Source: Lingula anatina
Taxonomy: Eukaryota > Animalia > Brachiopoda
DNA: 64,000 nucleotides
Assembly (NCBI GenBank): GCA_051362555.1
Contig: CM120646.1
Coordinates: 7,378,001 to 7,442,000, forward strand
Direction of reading: 5' to 3'
Shown here: positions 1 through 13,257 of the stretch, in pieces
Numbering within the stretch: the first letter of the stretch is position 1
How the letters are laid out: every line of letters starts with the position of its first letter
Notes under the pieces: generated by a model
What the model was told of the DNA's origin: nothing
Seen by the model: the letters and a program-made list of their open reading frames with translations, nothing else
Database searches by the model: none
Made by a program: the position numbers and the translations under genes

Positions 1-335
1 TATGAAACCTAACTGGATAGGCATTGTCCACAGAGGTATTCTCGACAGAATTCTTTAAAATTCCTTTCCAGTGCTAGGATGCATTGCTATGCGTTAAGGT
101 ATCCATTGACCAATACCAGCTCGCCCACACCAAAGTAACCAATACAACCCATGCTATGAATTATGCGGGGTGCGTCCCATCGTCCAGAGGTGGAAAATTG
201 GAAAGATACTTCTTACCAGCTGTTTCCCAAACCCTTACGCGTCCATCATTTCTGACAAGGTTAAACCTGCTTTCATCTTAGAACAGTATCATTGCCCAGT
301 TGTTTGCCAGAGTTCTAGATGCTATACGATCTGAC
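1..335 (-). mobile_element. Tc1/mariner transposase remnant (degenerate, runs off the window start)
   Basis: Reverse strand reads NWAMILF*DESRFNLVRNDGRVRVW...GCIGYFGVGELVLVNGYLNA, matching Tc1 'FSDESRF..DGR.RVW' and 'WG.I...G.G.L' motifs; contains stops and frameshifts. Confidence 0.8.
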
Positions 336-345
336 TGGACGTGGT

Positions 346-346
346 C

Positions 347-396
<50 letters not shown>
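346..396. repeat. poly(T) tract of ~50 nt
   Basis: Direct homopolymer run. Confidence 0.95.
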
Positions 397-403
<7 letters not shown>

Positions 404-3400
404 AGGCGTGTTTACTTTGTTCTCTAGGTTTTATTTCGCTCGATCGGCCTTACCCAGGCAATCCTGCCCATGTACCTGTTTGGCTATGACATTGTCTAAT
501 CCTCTGAAAGTTTCTCATGGAACAACCCAACTTTTATTTGGCGGGCAAAAATTCCCTTCTGTAATACCTTTAATTGTTTTTGGCTTAGTTAGCAAGGGTC
601 TGATTTCTTACATATGACATATAACCTACAGCATTCGCGATGTACAGTATCTTTTAACAACAACCGCCGTATCACAGAAAGGTATACAAGATTGGCATGT
701 CATAATTAATACATTACACATTATGCAGATTAAAGTATATCTCCTGTTAACTATTAATAAACAAGCTTTAAAGTGGCCTTTAGACACTTGTCGGGTTTGA
801 TCGCAAATATAAACCTTCCACTTACAGCGCCAGTGTATTTATTATTATAAAATTTCCATTCAACTTCTAAAAGGATTTTTTTCACAAAATTTTGCTGATT
901 GTGCAACCAACAAATAGGATAATGATAGTAAAATAAATCAAATTCACATTTTAGAATTTTGTACAGTATACTCTGGATTGGAGAATGTACTTGACGCGCC
1001 GGTGCGTGGAGTTTAAAAGTTTTGTAACGTTTGCAGAGATGTTGCGTTCTACATATGGTGCAAAGGTAGTGTGAGATAATTTTTGTTTGTTAACGTTCTT
1101 TCATCCCTATGTGTGGTTTCCTTCGGTCGGCCTTACCCAGTCAATCGTGCCCATGTACCTGTTTGGTTATAACATTGTCTAACCCTGTGAAAGATTCTCA
1201 TGGAATAAACCAACCTTCTGGCATCTGGCGGGTACAAATTCCCCTCTATAATACCTTTTATTGTTTTTGGCTTAGTGAGCAAGGGTCTGATTTCTTACAT
1301 ATGACATATAACCTACAGCATTCGCGATTTACAGTATCTTTTAACAACAACCGCCGTATCCCAGAAAGATATACAAGATTGGCAAGTCATTATTAATACA
1401 TTACACATTATGCAGATTAAAGTATTTCTCCTGTTAACTATTAATAAACAAGCTTTATTAATAATTATTAAGTGGCCTTAAGACACTTGTCGGGTTTGAT
1501 CGCAAATATAAACCTTCCACTTACAGCGCCAAAGCGAATACATTAAAAAAACTGGGAACATCATTCCAAGAGTGAAGACACCCGTCAACGCAACTCAGTG
1601 CTTATAAGCATCTATCATTTATCTATTAGTTTATTGATTAATTTATCAACTCAATATTTATTATTCAACTTCTAATAGGATTTTGTTTACAAAATTGTGC
1701 TGATTGTGCAACCAACAAACAAGATAATGGTAGTAAAATAAATCAAGTCCACATTTAGAATTTTTTACGGTATACTCTGGATTGGAGGATGTATACTTGA
1801 CGCGACGGCGAGTGGAGTCAAAAAGTTTTGTAACGTTTGCGGAGTAGTTGCGTATCAAAAAATGGTGCAAAGGAAGTGTGAGATCATTTTTGTTTGTTAA
1901 CGTTCTTTCTTCCCAATGTGTGGTTTCCTTCGGTCGGCCTTACCCAAGCAATCCTGGCCATGTACCTGTTTGGTTATGATATTATCTTACCCTCTGAAAG
2001 CTTCTAAGGGAACAACCCAACCTTCTGGCAATTAGCGGTTAAAATTCCCTTCTATATACCCTGAACTGTTTTTCGCCCAGTGTGCAAAGGTCTGATTTTG
2101 GGAAAGAAGTGTTTTAATTGCCTTTCTAACATATCACATACAAACCACTATATTCGCGCTGTACAGTATCTTTTACAACAACCTTCGTATCACAGAAAGA
2201 TATACAAGATTGGCAAGTCATAATTAATACATTACACATTATGCAGATTAAAGTATTTCTCCTGTTAACTATTAATAAACAAGCTTTATTAATAATTATT
2301 AAGTGGCCTTAAGACACTTGATGGGTTTGATCGCGATATTAAACATTGCACTTACATCGCCAAAGTGAATACAATCAAAACCGTATTCCAAGAGAGAAGA
2401 TATCCGCCAACGCAACTCAGCATCTATTATTTATCAATTAGTTTATTATTTATATAATTAACTCGATATTTATTAATATAAATTTTTCATTCAACTTCTA
2501 AAAGGATTTTTTACAAAATTTTGCTGATTGTGCAACCAACAAATAAGATAACGATAGTAAACTAAATCAAATGCATATTTTAGAATTTTGTACAGTGCTC
2601 TGGATTGAAGGATGTACTTGACGCGCCTGTGCGTGGAGTCAAAATGTTTGGTAACGTTTGTGGAGTAGTGTCGTTCCACCTACGGTGCAAAAGTCAAACC
2701 CTTACGCGTCCAGGCGTGTTTACTTTCTTCTCTAGGTTTTATTTCGCTTGATCGGCCTTACCCAGGCAATCCTGCCCATGTACCTGTTTGGCTATGACAT
2801 TGTCTAATCCTGTGAAAGTTTCTCATGGCACAACCCGGCTTTCATTTGGCGGGTAAAAATTCCCTTCTGTAATACCTTTAATTGTTTTTGGCTTAGTTAG
2901 CAAGGGTCTGATTTCTCACATACGACATATAACCTACAGCATTCGCGATGTACAGTATCTTTTAACAACAACCTTCGTATCAAAGAAAGATATACAAGAT
3001 TGGCAAGTCATAATTAATACATTACACATTATGCAGATTAAAGTTTATCTCCTGTTAACTATTAATAAACAAGCTTTAAAGTGGTCTTAAGACACTTGTC
3101 GGGTTTGATCGCAAATATAAACCTTCCACTTACAGCGCCAGTGTAATTAATAATTATAAAATTTCCATTCAACTTCTCAAAGGATTTTTTTCACAAAACT
3201 TTGCTGATTGTGCAACCAACAAATAAGATAATGATAGTAAAATAAATCAAATTCACATTTTAGAATTTTGTACAGTATACTCTGGATTGGAGAATGTACT
3301 TGACGCTACGGTGCGTGGAGTTTAAAAGTTTTGTAACGTTTACAGAGATGTTGCGTTCTACATACGGTGCAAAGGTAGTGTGAGATGATTTTTGTTTGTT

Positions 3401-4620
3401 AACGTTCTTTCTTCCCTATGTGAGGTTTCCTTTGGTCGGCCTTACCCAGTCAATCGTGCCCATGTACCTGTTTGGTTATGACATTGCCTTACCCGGTGAA
3501 AGATTCTCATGGAATAACCCAACCTTCTGGCATTTGGCGGGTAAAAATTCCCTTCTATAATACCTTTGATTGTTTTTGGCTTAGTGAGCAAGGGTATTAT
3601 TTCTTACATATGACATATAACCTACAGCATTCGCGATGTACAATATCTTTTTTCAACAACCGCCGTATCACAGAAAGATATACAAGATTGGCAAGTCATA
3701 ATTAATACATTACACATTATGTAAGTATATCTCCTGTTAACTATTAATAAACAAGCTTTAAAGTGGTCTTAAGACACTTGTCGGGTTTGATCGCAAATAT
3801 AAACCTTCCACTTACAGCGCCAGTGTATTTATTATTATTATAAAATTTCCATTCAACTTCTAAAAGGATTTTTTTCACAAAATTTTGCTGATTGTGCGAC
3901 CAACGAATAAGGCAACGATATTAAAATAAATCAAATTCACATTTTAGAATTTTGTACAGTATACTCTGGATTGGAGAATGTACTTGACGCGACGGCGCGT
4001 GGAGTCAAAAAGTTTTGTAACGTTTGCGGAGTAGTTGCGTTCTACATACGGTGCAAAGGTAGTGTGAGATAATTTTTGTTTGTTAACGTTCTTTCTTCCC
4101 TATGTGAGGTTTTCTTCGGTCGGCCTTACCCAGGCAATCCTGGCCATGTACCTGTTTGGTTATGAAATTGTCAAACCCTGTGAAAGGTTCTCATGGAATG
4201 ACTCAACCTTCTTGCATTTGTCGGGTAAAATTTCCCTTCTAATACCTTAAATTGTAACTAGCTTAGTGTGCAAGGGAATGATTTCTTACATATCACATAC
4301 AGCCTACAGAATTCGCGATGTACAGTATCTTCTAACAAGTACCTCCGTATCAAAGAAAGATATACAAGATTGGCAAGTCATAATTAATACATTACACATT
4401 ATACATATTAAAGTATATCTCCTGTTAACTATTAATAAACAAGCTTAAAGGTGACCTGGAGACGCTTGTTGGACTTCATCGCGAAAGTGAACTTTGCACT
4501 TGTACATGTAGCGCCAAAGCAAATGCATTCAAAACCTTGGAAAAGCGTCCAAAGAGCGAAGACATCCGCAAAGGGCACTCATGCAGTGTTTATAAGCATT
4601 AATCATTCATCAATTAGTTA
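404..4620. repeat. Tandem array of six ~680-820 bp units
   Basis: Anchor CGGCCTTACCC recurs at 445, 1128, 1935, 2753, 3437 and 4121; blocks such as GATTGGCAAGTCATAATTAATACATTACAC and CTCCTGTTAACTATTAATAAACAAGCTT recur in each unit. Confidence 0.95.
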
Positions 4621-5089
4621 AACAATGAATCTATTAATTGTATATTTATTTTCATAAACTAATTATCAATTAAGTTATTGATTTGTTAAGTGTGTGGTTA
4701 ATATTAATGCTAGTTAATTAATTAAATTACTAGTTAATTTACTAGTTAATTGATCAAATACAAAATCACCTTATTATTAACTATGGCTGACATATCCTGA
4801 AAATTTCATCAAAATCCCTCCATAACGTTTTTGCATGGTATTGCTCACAGTAAAACGGACTGAATTAAGTAATTAATTGATCAATGGATCACCACTATAA
4901 TCTTATCATTTTTTATTAAGTCTATGTACGACCTTTACTGCAAATTTAATCAAATCTGTAATTTTCGATATCGGTTGTAATTGATGATAAACTAAGGTCA
5001 AGAATGAAGGTAAACAGTCAACCGGAGGCACCAAGAAATAGGGCGTTGCATGTTATTTTCCTGGTTTATTTCTTTTAGAATAACAAGCC

Positions 5090-5846
5090 ATGTTGAGCGA
5101 GAAGATTCCAGCCCTGTTCATCGTGTTGTGCATGATGACATTGCACGGGGAAGAGGTCATTGGTGCCACTTGTAAGTCGGTGCTCTGTCTCCTCTATATC
5201 ATTAAATGGGGTGCTTATCTATTATCATTATTATTATTGTTATTATCAGGGGAGGTTTATGCTTTTACGCCACTGATGCTTTATCCACCTTGGAAACGTA
5301 TATTTCGATCGTTACATTTTAAAAATGAACGCAGGTTCAGGTTATAAAATTTATCTTGGGCCCAAAGCATATCAATAAAAATTGCAGCGTGCGTTTGAAG
5401 GCAAAGTCCCACCCTGTAATGTAAAATTAATTTGATTTAATGATATTAGTATGTATCAATGACAGCAAATAGATGTTGCATTTTAACTCTATTTCAAGAC
5501 TACATGGATGACAGTGATAACGATTGTGGTGCTGCAACACAGACCGTGTACTCCTATTCCCATACCGTGAAAGCATGGGAGGACAGTCTGAACAAACCCT
5601 CCCCGCGGAGCAGGACTTGTACCTTGTATTTTGATACTCTCTCCAGTTCAACAAGAGTGAAAATAACCTTCCTCACCGGTTCTTATTTTAATTGTGGAAC
5701 GACCTTAACCTTCTATGACGGTTCTACCACAACATACAGTAATCAGGTGAGATTGCTGTACATTCCTTTTTTTTTTTTTTTTTTTTTGAACTTAAGGAAT
5801 GTAAATTACAGCATACAATACTTCTTTGTTACCCCTCGCTTACTTC

Positions 5847-5886
<40 letters not shown>

Positions 5887-8800
5887 CTACTACTGATGGC
5901 TCATCATTTTCATAAATAAATAAGATATTTTGATAAGCACAACATTTTTTTTCTAAAACAGATAGTATTCGATGTCCCTGAAGGACAGATGTCCCCCAGA
6001 TGTCTTTGATTTACTGTAAATGTAATATTTTACCTGGGAAATTAATAAATTGAATTTCTCATCATTGTTTCCAAGAATAATACCCGATGCAGAAATATGA
6101 ATATTGGCTCCCTTTTCTTCCCTTAACCAGTTTTCGATTTGCTTCTACAAGTTTTTTGCGAGATCACAATCTACGAATAGATGTTCAATTGTTTCCATCC
6201 TTGTGCTACATAAATTGCGATGAGGATTATCAACTATTTTATATTTGAACAGTGGTTATTTTGTCCCTAGAATTCTATGAATACATCTAAAGTTTGGATT
6301 CTTTTATATCTGTCAGGAGACGATTGTAGCTAAGATTCCATGTTATTGCTTTATTAAGGAACCTTTCCCATTTTGTTTCATTTTTAGGGGTTATACAGTT
6401 TTTTTTATAAACGTATCATAAATCGCTTTACAGTTTTTTTTCCATGTAATCATAAGCGGTTTGGGTATTTTCAGGTTATACGTTTTCTGAGAAAGAGTTA
6501 TTTCTTTTAAATTGGGAAATGCATTATAGATAGCATTTCTTAGGCAAAAATATTTTGTAAATGGGAGGCGTATTGTGTATGCATCCGTGATTTCTCTATA
6601 TGAAAGCATGTTGCCGCTTGGGTCAAGCAAGTCGAGCACCACCCGGAAGCCTTTCTCATGTAATGGTTTTAAGAATACGGCCTTGTTTTCGATCAAAATA
6701 CCCGGATTATACCACAATGGAGCCTCCAGAAAATTACTTTCAATTTGCATTTATTTTCTTTTTTTTTTTTTTTTTTTGCACTAGCAAATGATATAGAGAA
6801 TCCTCTAATTTGCAACAATAGCAGTTCAAAAAAAGTTTGATCATCTATTTGGAGTTCCAATTCATCATTTTTAATCAGGTGTATTTTTTGTCTATCGTAT
6901 GGTGAAGTGGCGTATTGTATTTTTAGATCTTTTATTGTTCTCTATTGCATTCGCTGTCCGAAAAGTTCGACGCAATCCTTTAGTAATTGAATATTTTTAT
7001 AAGTTCTTAGTGACACTCACCTCCCTTGTAACGTGGTGTCCCAATCAACGAGTAGTTAAAAAAAACTTTCAAAAAGACCCACGCAGAAAACTTTTAGTCC
7101 TAATCTCTTTCTTAGCTTCTTCTTCCGCAGTTCATAGTGCATTTGTAAAAAATTCGGTGGCAAAGTAATCAGACTTACTGCCTGTTGCCGATGGTTTACT
7201 CAGAGCTCACGCACAGTCCTCGTTACACACCGCCATCTTGTTCTCTCTCCCCCCCCCCCTACATTCCTATCTTGCCTTGTCTAATATTACGGTATATATT
7301 TCAAAGTATGTAGGTGTATTTTTCATTTCATTATCACCCTTCAAGTAAGAGGCCTGTTTAGAGTAGTTAAATAATACACTGTTGGTATTCTGCATGCTTA
7401 TGTTTTGTTTAGGTAATCTTTTGGGGATACATCCAGTGGTGAGATGAGAATGAGCTTTTTTAAAATAAATGAATAAAAACAGCCTAGATTTCAGACTAAT
7501 CCAAATGTTAACCATTATTGCAGTTGAGGACAATGACCTGTGGAGACTATTCCACATCGGCCATATATACAACGTCCAGATACCTCGCTGTAAAGCTGAC
7601 AACTACGAGTTCGAGTACTAACTACGACTTCACTTTCTACGTTTCCGAGGTTAGCAGTGGCAGCAGCACAGGTACAGGTCGAAAACAACAATAACCGGAA
7701 ATTGATTTTTAATTTAAATTAAAATTATATGCACGCCATAGAGGTTAAAAAGACAGCCCAAAATTCAGAGATGTCGTTGAAAGCAAACAGTTTATTAACC
7801 GGATTTATTTCCTTTTCGGCCAAGTAACAAAGTTGATGATTTTGAAAATTTATCAAAATGCAACTGTAGTGACTGAGGATTAAAACGGTTCTTGGACCAT
7901 TCTGTAACATGCAATAAATTGAAATGATACAGTTTTCATTTCCTTAAGAGATTTTTTAATTGTCATTTTGATTCGCCAACTTATAATAAATAGCTTATTA
8001 GGCAGTGACGTAAACATTTCATCCAGTGTAAACGAACAACATAATGTCAACATGGTACAGTAGCATACAATAAGTATATACTGTAAAACCATGACACTCA
8101 TCTTACTTGGCTCTGAAACTTTTCTTCTGCTGATCACCAACGTTATATAGAAAAACGTTTATATATTGCGTACAAAATGTCTCAATGAAGCGCGTTTGAT
8201 GGACTCGAAATTAACGTTTTTGTTTAAAGTTAAAGCTTCGACGTCTTTGGTAGTTTCAGTGGCATACGTCAACGTAGGTGGTATCATTGGCGGACTGGTC
8301 AGTACTATCATTACCGTGATATTCTTCATCTGTATATGTAGATGCATCTGTAAAAGGAGAGAAAGGCAGACGACAGTGGTATACAGAGAAAGGGAACGGT
8401 CAAGTAGGTGCAATTTTAGCCGTTTTAATTTGAAATTTTGAATTGACTTGGTACATATCTTATGATTGATTTCCTAGTATTGGTTAAGTTTGCCTTGTTT
8501 CGATGAGATGAGTGCTGATACATTTCAAAAGCAACTTAACTTCAAGGGCCTTTGGATTGTGTGGTCCTTCTACACTAGAAATCCTGCATTGTAAGAGTTT
8601 GTGTTGATTAAAATCTTTTGTTGTGTGTAACCTCTCGTAGGGGTATTAAGTCTTTCATGCGGTGAAGACTCTTTAATCCCCGACAGTTGTGCTGCATGGA
8701 TGCCACATTGTTTTATCTGTTTGCATTTTTACACACCAAAACAATCGAACAAGGTATTCAATATATCAAATAAACAGACAGACAGGCGAACATAAAAAAC

Positions 8801-9417
8801 ATGGTCCGACAAACAGAGAAGCATTTCTTAAAGCAGTTTTAAAGAAGACAAATCGACAAACAGAGAAGCATTTCTTAAAGCAATTTTAAAGAAGACAATT
8901 TTATAGCACTGTCCTTTTTTCGATAATTTAACTTTGGCACAAATAATCTAATTTACAAATGCAATTTACGAGAAAAATGTGCGTAACCTGGTTTTTAGCA
9001 CTGGCTCTATTACTTAAGTTAGATGCAGGTTCATCAGAGTTAAGGCATAAAGTATTTATTTTAATTTAACATTTTGATTATCATTCAACATTTATATACA
9101 TATTTCGTAATCATGCAAATATCCTTCTTATGTCTTTTCCAGGTACGCCGAGTGTGAACGTGACCGTGAATTCATCCAACTCCATGTCTAACATCAATGC
9201 CCCACATATAGCCCCACAGATGATCAATCAAGGGATCGGGTACATGGCTCAGCCACAGCCGGCTTACCTGCCTCAGCCACCGGTCGCCTACCCTCCACCG
9301 CCACAGCCAGGCGGGTACCCCCAGCAGCCTCCTCACAACCCACAAATGGCACGGGCTGCCCCTGATGCTCCACCCCCTTACCCAGGGGGACATCCGGCAC
9401 AGTATCCCAAGTATTGA
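5090..9417 (+). CDS. Type-I membrane protein A: signal peptide, CUB-like domain, TM, Cys cluster, Pro/Gln/Tyr-rich tail with PPPY (~298 aa)
   Basis: Exons 5090-5171, 5499-5746, 7524-7671, 8260-8403, 9143-9417; all GT-AG and phase-consistent (897 nt). CUB-like YYMD..CG..CTLYF..NCG..LTFYDG..TCG..SRYLAVKL..FTFYV; TM GGIIGGLVSTIITVIFFICIC; tail APPPYP. Confidence 0.88.
5768..7259 (-). mobile_element. Internally deleted L1/Tx1-clade non-LTR retroelement in an intron of gene A
   Basis: 9-bp TSD TACATTCCT (5759-5767 and 7260-7268); poly(A) tail at 5768-5787; 5' end G(n)AGAGAGAACAAGATGGCGG; ORF2 pieces IDDQTFFELLLLQIRGFSISFASAKKK, EAPLWYNPGILIENK..KGF..VLDL and IEHLFVDC; absent from the same intron of paralog B. 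Confidence 0.85.
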
Positions 9418-12244
9418 TGTCTATTCAAAGGCATTCCAGATAAAGATGTGTAATTCAACACTTCGAACAAGCATATAGCTCATTTAAAGTGACATATAAA
9501 AAAACTTAATTTGCAGAATGATTAAGTGAATGCATACATGTACATTGGTATTATGCTTTTTTACTTATATCTTATTTCAGCATATGAATTTTATAAGAAA
9601 TTCGAGTCTTTTCTCCTCCAATGTATAATCACAATTTTGATCTTCAGTATTTTCGCAGACTTTTGTATACTGTTAAAAAGTTCAAAGCAGGTGAATACCT
9701 TGTAGAATTGATAGAACAGTCTGCAGATTTGCTGTGAACCCTGAATAACGTAAACAGTTTTTTGTATTTATTTTATTGTTAAAAACGACTTTTTGGGCAT
9801 GGCTTTCTTTTCTGTTTTAATTCCATTTTAAGCACTCACACAGCTAAAAAAACTACAATTTTATCTTGAACTTCCGCAAATATTTTGGATTTCTATTAAC
9901 AACTACTAACCAGCTGAAGGATTGTTTTGTACTGTAATATGAGGACGTCTCGGTTGATTATTAGATTCAGTTAATAGATTTGCTGAACATGTAAAATAGA
10001 AAAAATCACTTTTCTTTAAAATGCTAATGAAGGTTCTTAGCAATATACAGGAGAAGTGGGATTTAAAGAAAAACGATATATATACTTTGCTTCATATGAA
10101 ATTACCTTCCCAATAAAAGATGTCGAATAAAGGTTCGATATAATAATAATAATGATGATGATAATCGTTGTTGTGGTTGTTGATAATTATTAATATTGCT
10201 GTTATATGCCTTACACCTCTCCTTTTTTTCTGAAATCACCACGTTGTTTTAATTCAGTACAGTGCAAGTTCCTCATTATTTCTTATTTTTCTCATCCATG
10301 TTCATTCATTTCAGTTGTTTCATCATTTCTTCATGTCTCATCTTGTTGAAAGCTTTGGTGTACTCTATAAAATAGAAGACAGCATCTTTTTGACTTCCAA
10401 TCGTCGTTCTAGTAGTATAGCATGCAAGGGCTATACAGATAAATTAAAAGTCATCGAAAAGCATAAGTTGTTCATTGGACCTTGATTTTATTTCACGCAG
10501 GAATTCACAAGACACGTAAAAACTAAAAACAAGAATAGAAAAAGAAAATTACAATAATGCCCTCACTACCGGTTATTTACATGCTTCAGTTTACTTACAC
10601 AAAAACATAAAATTCAATAATCATCAATACTCAATAATAATCAATAAACAGTATTAAAAACTCACCATTTCTGACATTCCTCTTTCTGACATTCCAATTA
10701 TAAATTGCAAGTAAGCAAAAGCGAAAATAACTGATCAAAAAGAAAGAGTATACCATGTGTTCCTCTTACGGAGAAACTGTGCTGAATGAAATAAAGTGCA
10801 TACTCATGGGGCACCACCCTGAATGAAAAGTTATCATTTATGCAAAAGAATGTTCATTGCATTAGATGAGCCGGACACCAGGCTCCTCAATCTCAACAAA
10901 AGTAAACTAAACCTTACAAGTAGGCCTACCGTAGGTTAAATATATTTAAAAAACATCGTTAGACCATTTACTTTCTACAAGATAGAATATGTGCTGAGTA
11001 AAGAAAACTCGTTAATTAACATTAAACGTTCTGAAAAGAAGTAAAGACCGACTCTTGATAAAATTTTTTTTGTGAAACAGGCCCTAGTTTTCTTTATTCC
11101 AGTCTACTACTGAGGTGAAGGAGACTTAAAATTACGTCTGAATTTTAAGATTAAAATTCAGAAACTCAAGGTGTTTAGGGTGTGCCTTGGTACTAGTAAA
11201 TTTCAGGTCATGAGCCCAATTTGGTTAGAGAATATTAGTTGCGGTGACACGACTCCACTGTTTACATCTAGTTTACGTGGGGATTTGGTAAAAAAATACA
11301 CCCTGTACACAATATTATAAATTCTACAAGAGCGCATATAGCTTGTGTAACACAAGGGTGACGGCCGGGGTGCTTTTGAAGCAATTCTCGGTGAGTTGGG
11401 TGTGACAGGTGCTATGATACTGCGTGGTAATAGTCCAGTTAGTACGAGTTTGCAGTCTAGTGGAAGGACGACCGACATACTGGCTCATGCACCAATTATG
11501 TAAGGTACGGTCCTTGAAGAAATAACGAAGAACAAAGAGTTCAATGTCATTTTCTGAATCTATTCCTAAACAGCAATCAGCAATCCTAGCTACATTTGAG
11601 GATCGCCAACTATTTAAAACACGTTTTCCTTAAAGTCCTGGCGAATAACGCCGGTCATATGATATTCAGGCATCAGTCTCAACAGCAGATGTTGTAAACT
11701 ATAAACATGGCTCAAACGATTTAACACCCAGAAGCGATATGTAATATATAATTATCACAAAGGAAAGGCTCAAAAAGAAAGGATTTAGATACTGTTAAAA
11801 TAATCGATTGAACTGGAACTGATCATTCATAATTTTTAGTTAAGTCAATGCAGCACTGCACATTTTAAAAAGAGAAAATCCATATATATTTTTAATTTTA
11901 AACAGACAATCTAAGATTTTCTTTACATTAGCGGGGTAGAAAACAATTCCCAGGTCTAAAACTAAAATATGATATAGAAAATATGGAAATATGTTTCCTT
12001 TGACTGCTTGGCATGACTGTCTGTCTTGCTTCTGAAAAACACGATCTGATTAAAATAAAAAATAGATTGTTTTCTCTTGAAGGGTTAGAATTGCCACTAC
12101 TCTTTAATTTGCAACCTTTACAATTGACTGATTATTCTTTAATGACCTCTGAAGTGGGTCAATTTTGAATGGGCACCCGGTGTAAACATTATTCATATGA
12201 TACTCAGGTTTGCTACTAGCCTCTGAGTTTAAAATGCCCCCTGT

Positions 12245-12497
12245 TCTTGTTGTGAGTTTGGTGTTGTGAGTTTGTTTGGTGTTGTGATTTTGTGTTTTGT
12301 GTTGTGAGTTTTGTGTGTTGTTCTGAGCTCGTTTGGCGTTGTTCAGTATGTGGTGTTGTGAGTTTTGTGTGGTGTTGTGAGCTCGTTTGGTGATGTGAGG
12401 TTTGTGTGGTGTTGTGAGCTCGTTTGGTATTGTGAGATTTGTCTGTAGTGTTGTGAGTTTCGTGTGTGGTGTTGTGACGTATGTGTGGTGTTGTGAC
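12245..12497. repeat. GT-rich minisatellite (TGTGGTGTTGTGAG-like units)
   Basis: More than ten degenerate repeats of GTGTTGTGAG(T/C)T. Confidence 0.9.
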
Positions 12498-13099
12498 CCT
12501 TACACGTACGCTTCCCTACAAGAGAGAAGGACACTCTCCAGGCTGTAAATAATGGAACATGCACAGTTTCAACCATATAAGACGATCGCGAAATTCAGCG
12601 AACCATCGTCAACAGAAGAAACAAGATGGCTTTATTTTGATCACTTTTTTCAGCGAGTTTGGTACAGGATTTCTAAATAATGTTCGGCAAATACTAAAGA
12701 CGAAAACCCCTTTTGAAGTCCTCAAGTGTATCGCGTAATGACTAGTACTGCATTATCTAGATCGATGTGATAAACACAACAATATCGGGTCTGCAAATTT
12801 TACCGAACGTTTGTGTAATTGAAAAGCAAGTGCGCATGATTTCTTTTGTATGATGTGATACCTTTATTCCGTGCGGTGCTATGAATTTTTTCTTATATTC
12901 TTGTAGTCACTATAACCTCCCTTTTACTAAAGAATAATAATAATAATAAAGACAACAGAAAAAAAATAGAGAATTTCCATCGCTGAGGTCATTTATCCAT
13001 TTTGTCCAAAATCCATTTCGAAAGTATGTTAACAGCACTGGTGTTATCGCGTGACATGTATTGTGCTGTTTATATCTACTGTGACCGACTTTAACAGAT

Positions 13100-13257
13100 A
13101 CGCTGATTGATCGATAAAGAGCAGAGCGTGGACCATCCCAATCAGCTCATTAAAAACGAAATTACTAATAAAACGGTTGCAATTGAAGGTTTGATATATT
13201 GAATCGTCAACGGACACCGAAGGAAGTCGCATAACAAGACAAGCACAGCTTATAAGA
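13100..13257 (+). other. Probable non-coding first exon of gene B (5' boundary uncertain)
   Basis: Strong donor AT|GTAAGT at 13258; polypyrimidine/AG acceptor 11 nt upstream of ATG 14136, conserved in front of ATG 5090. Confidence 0.4.

Noticed and set aside
408-4448. Short ORFs recurring in the tandem array, and the array as a possible CRISPR
   Set aside because: Frames are broken differently in each unit; units are ~700 bp with no repeat-spacer pattern; eukaryotic context
5090-5347. 85-86 aa ORFs with poly-Leu (also 14136-14396)
   Set aside because: Read-through of the signal-peptide exon into an intron; the poly-Leu is a (TTA)n microsatellite and the similarity between copies reflects recent duplication
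9172-9393. Antisense Trp/Arg-rich ORFs (also 17319-17579) and antisense or alternate-frame ORFs over the GPCRs
   Set aside because: Shadows of real sense-strand coding sequence
12343-12576. His/Thr-rich ORF
   Set aside because: Translation of the GT-rich minisatellite
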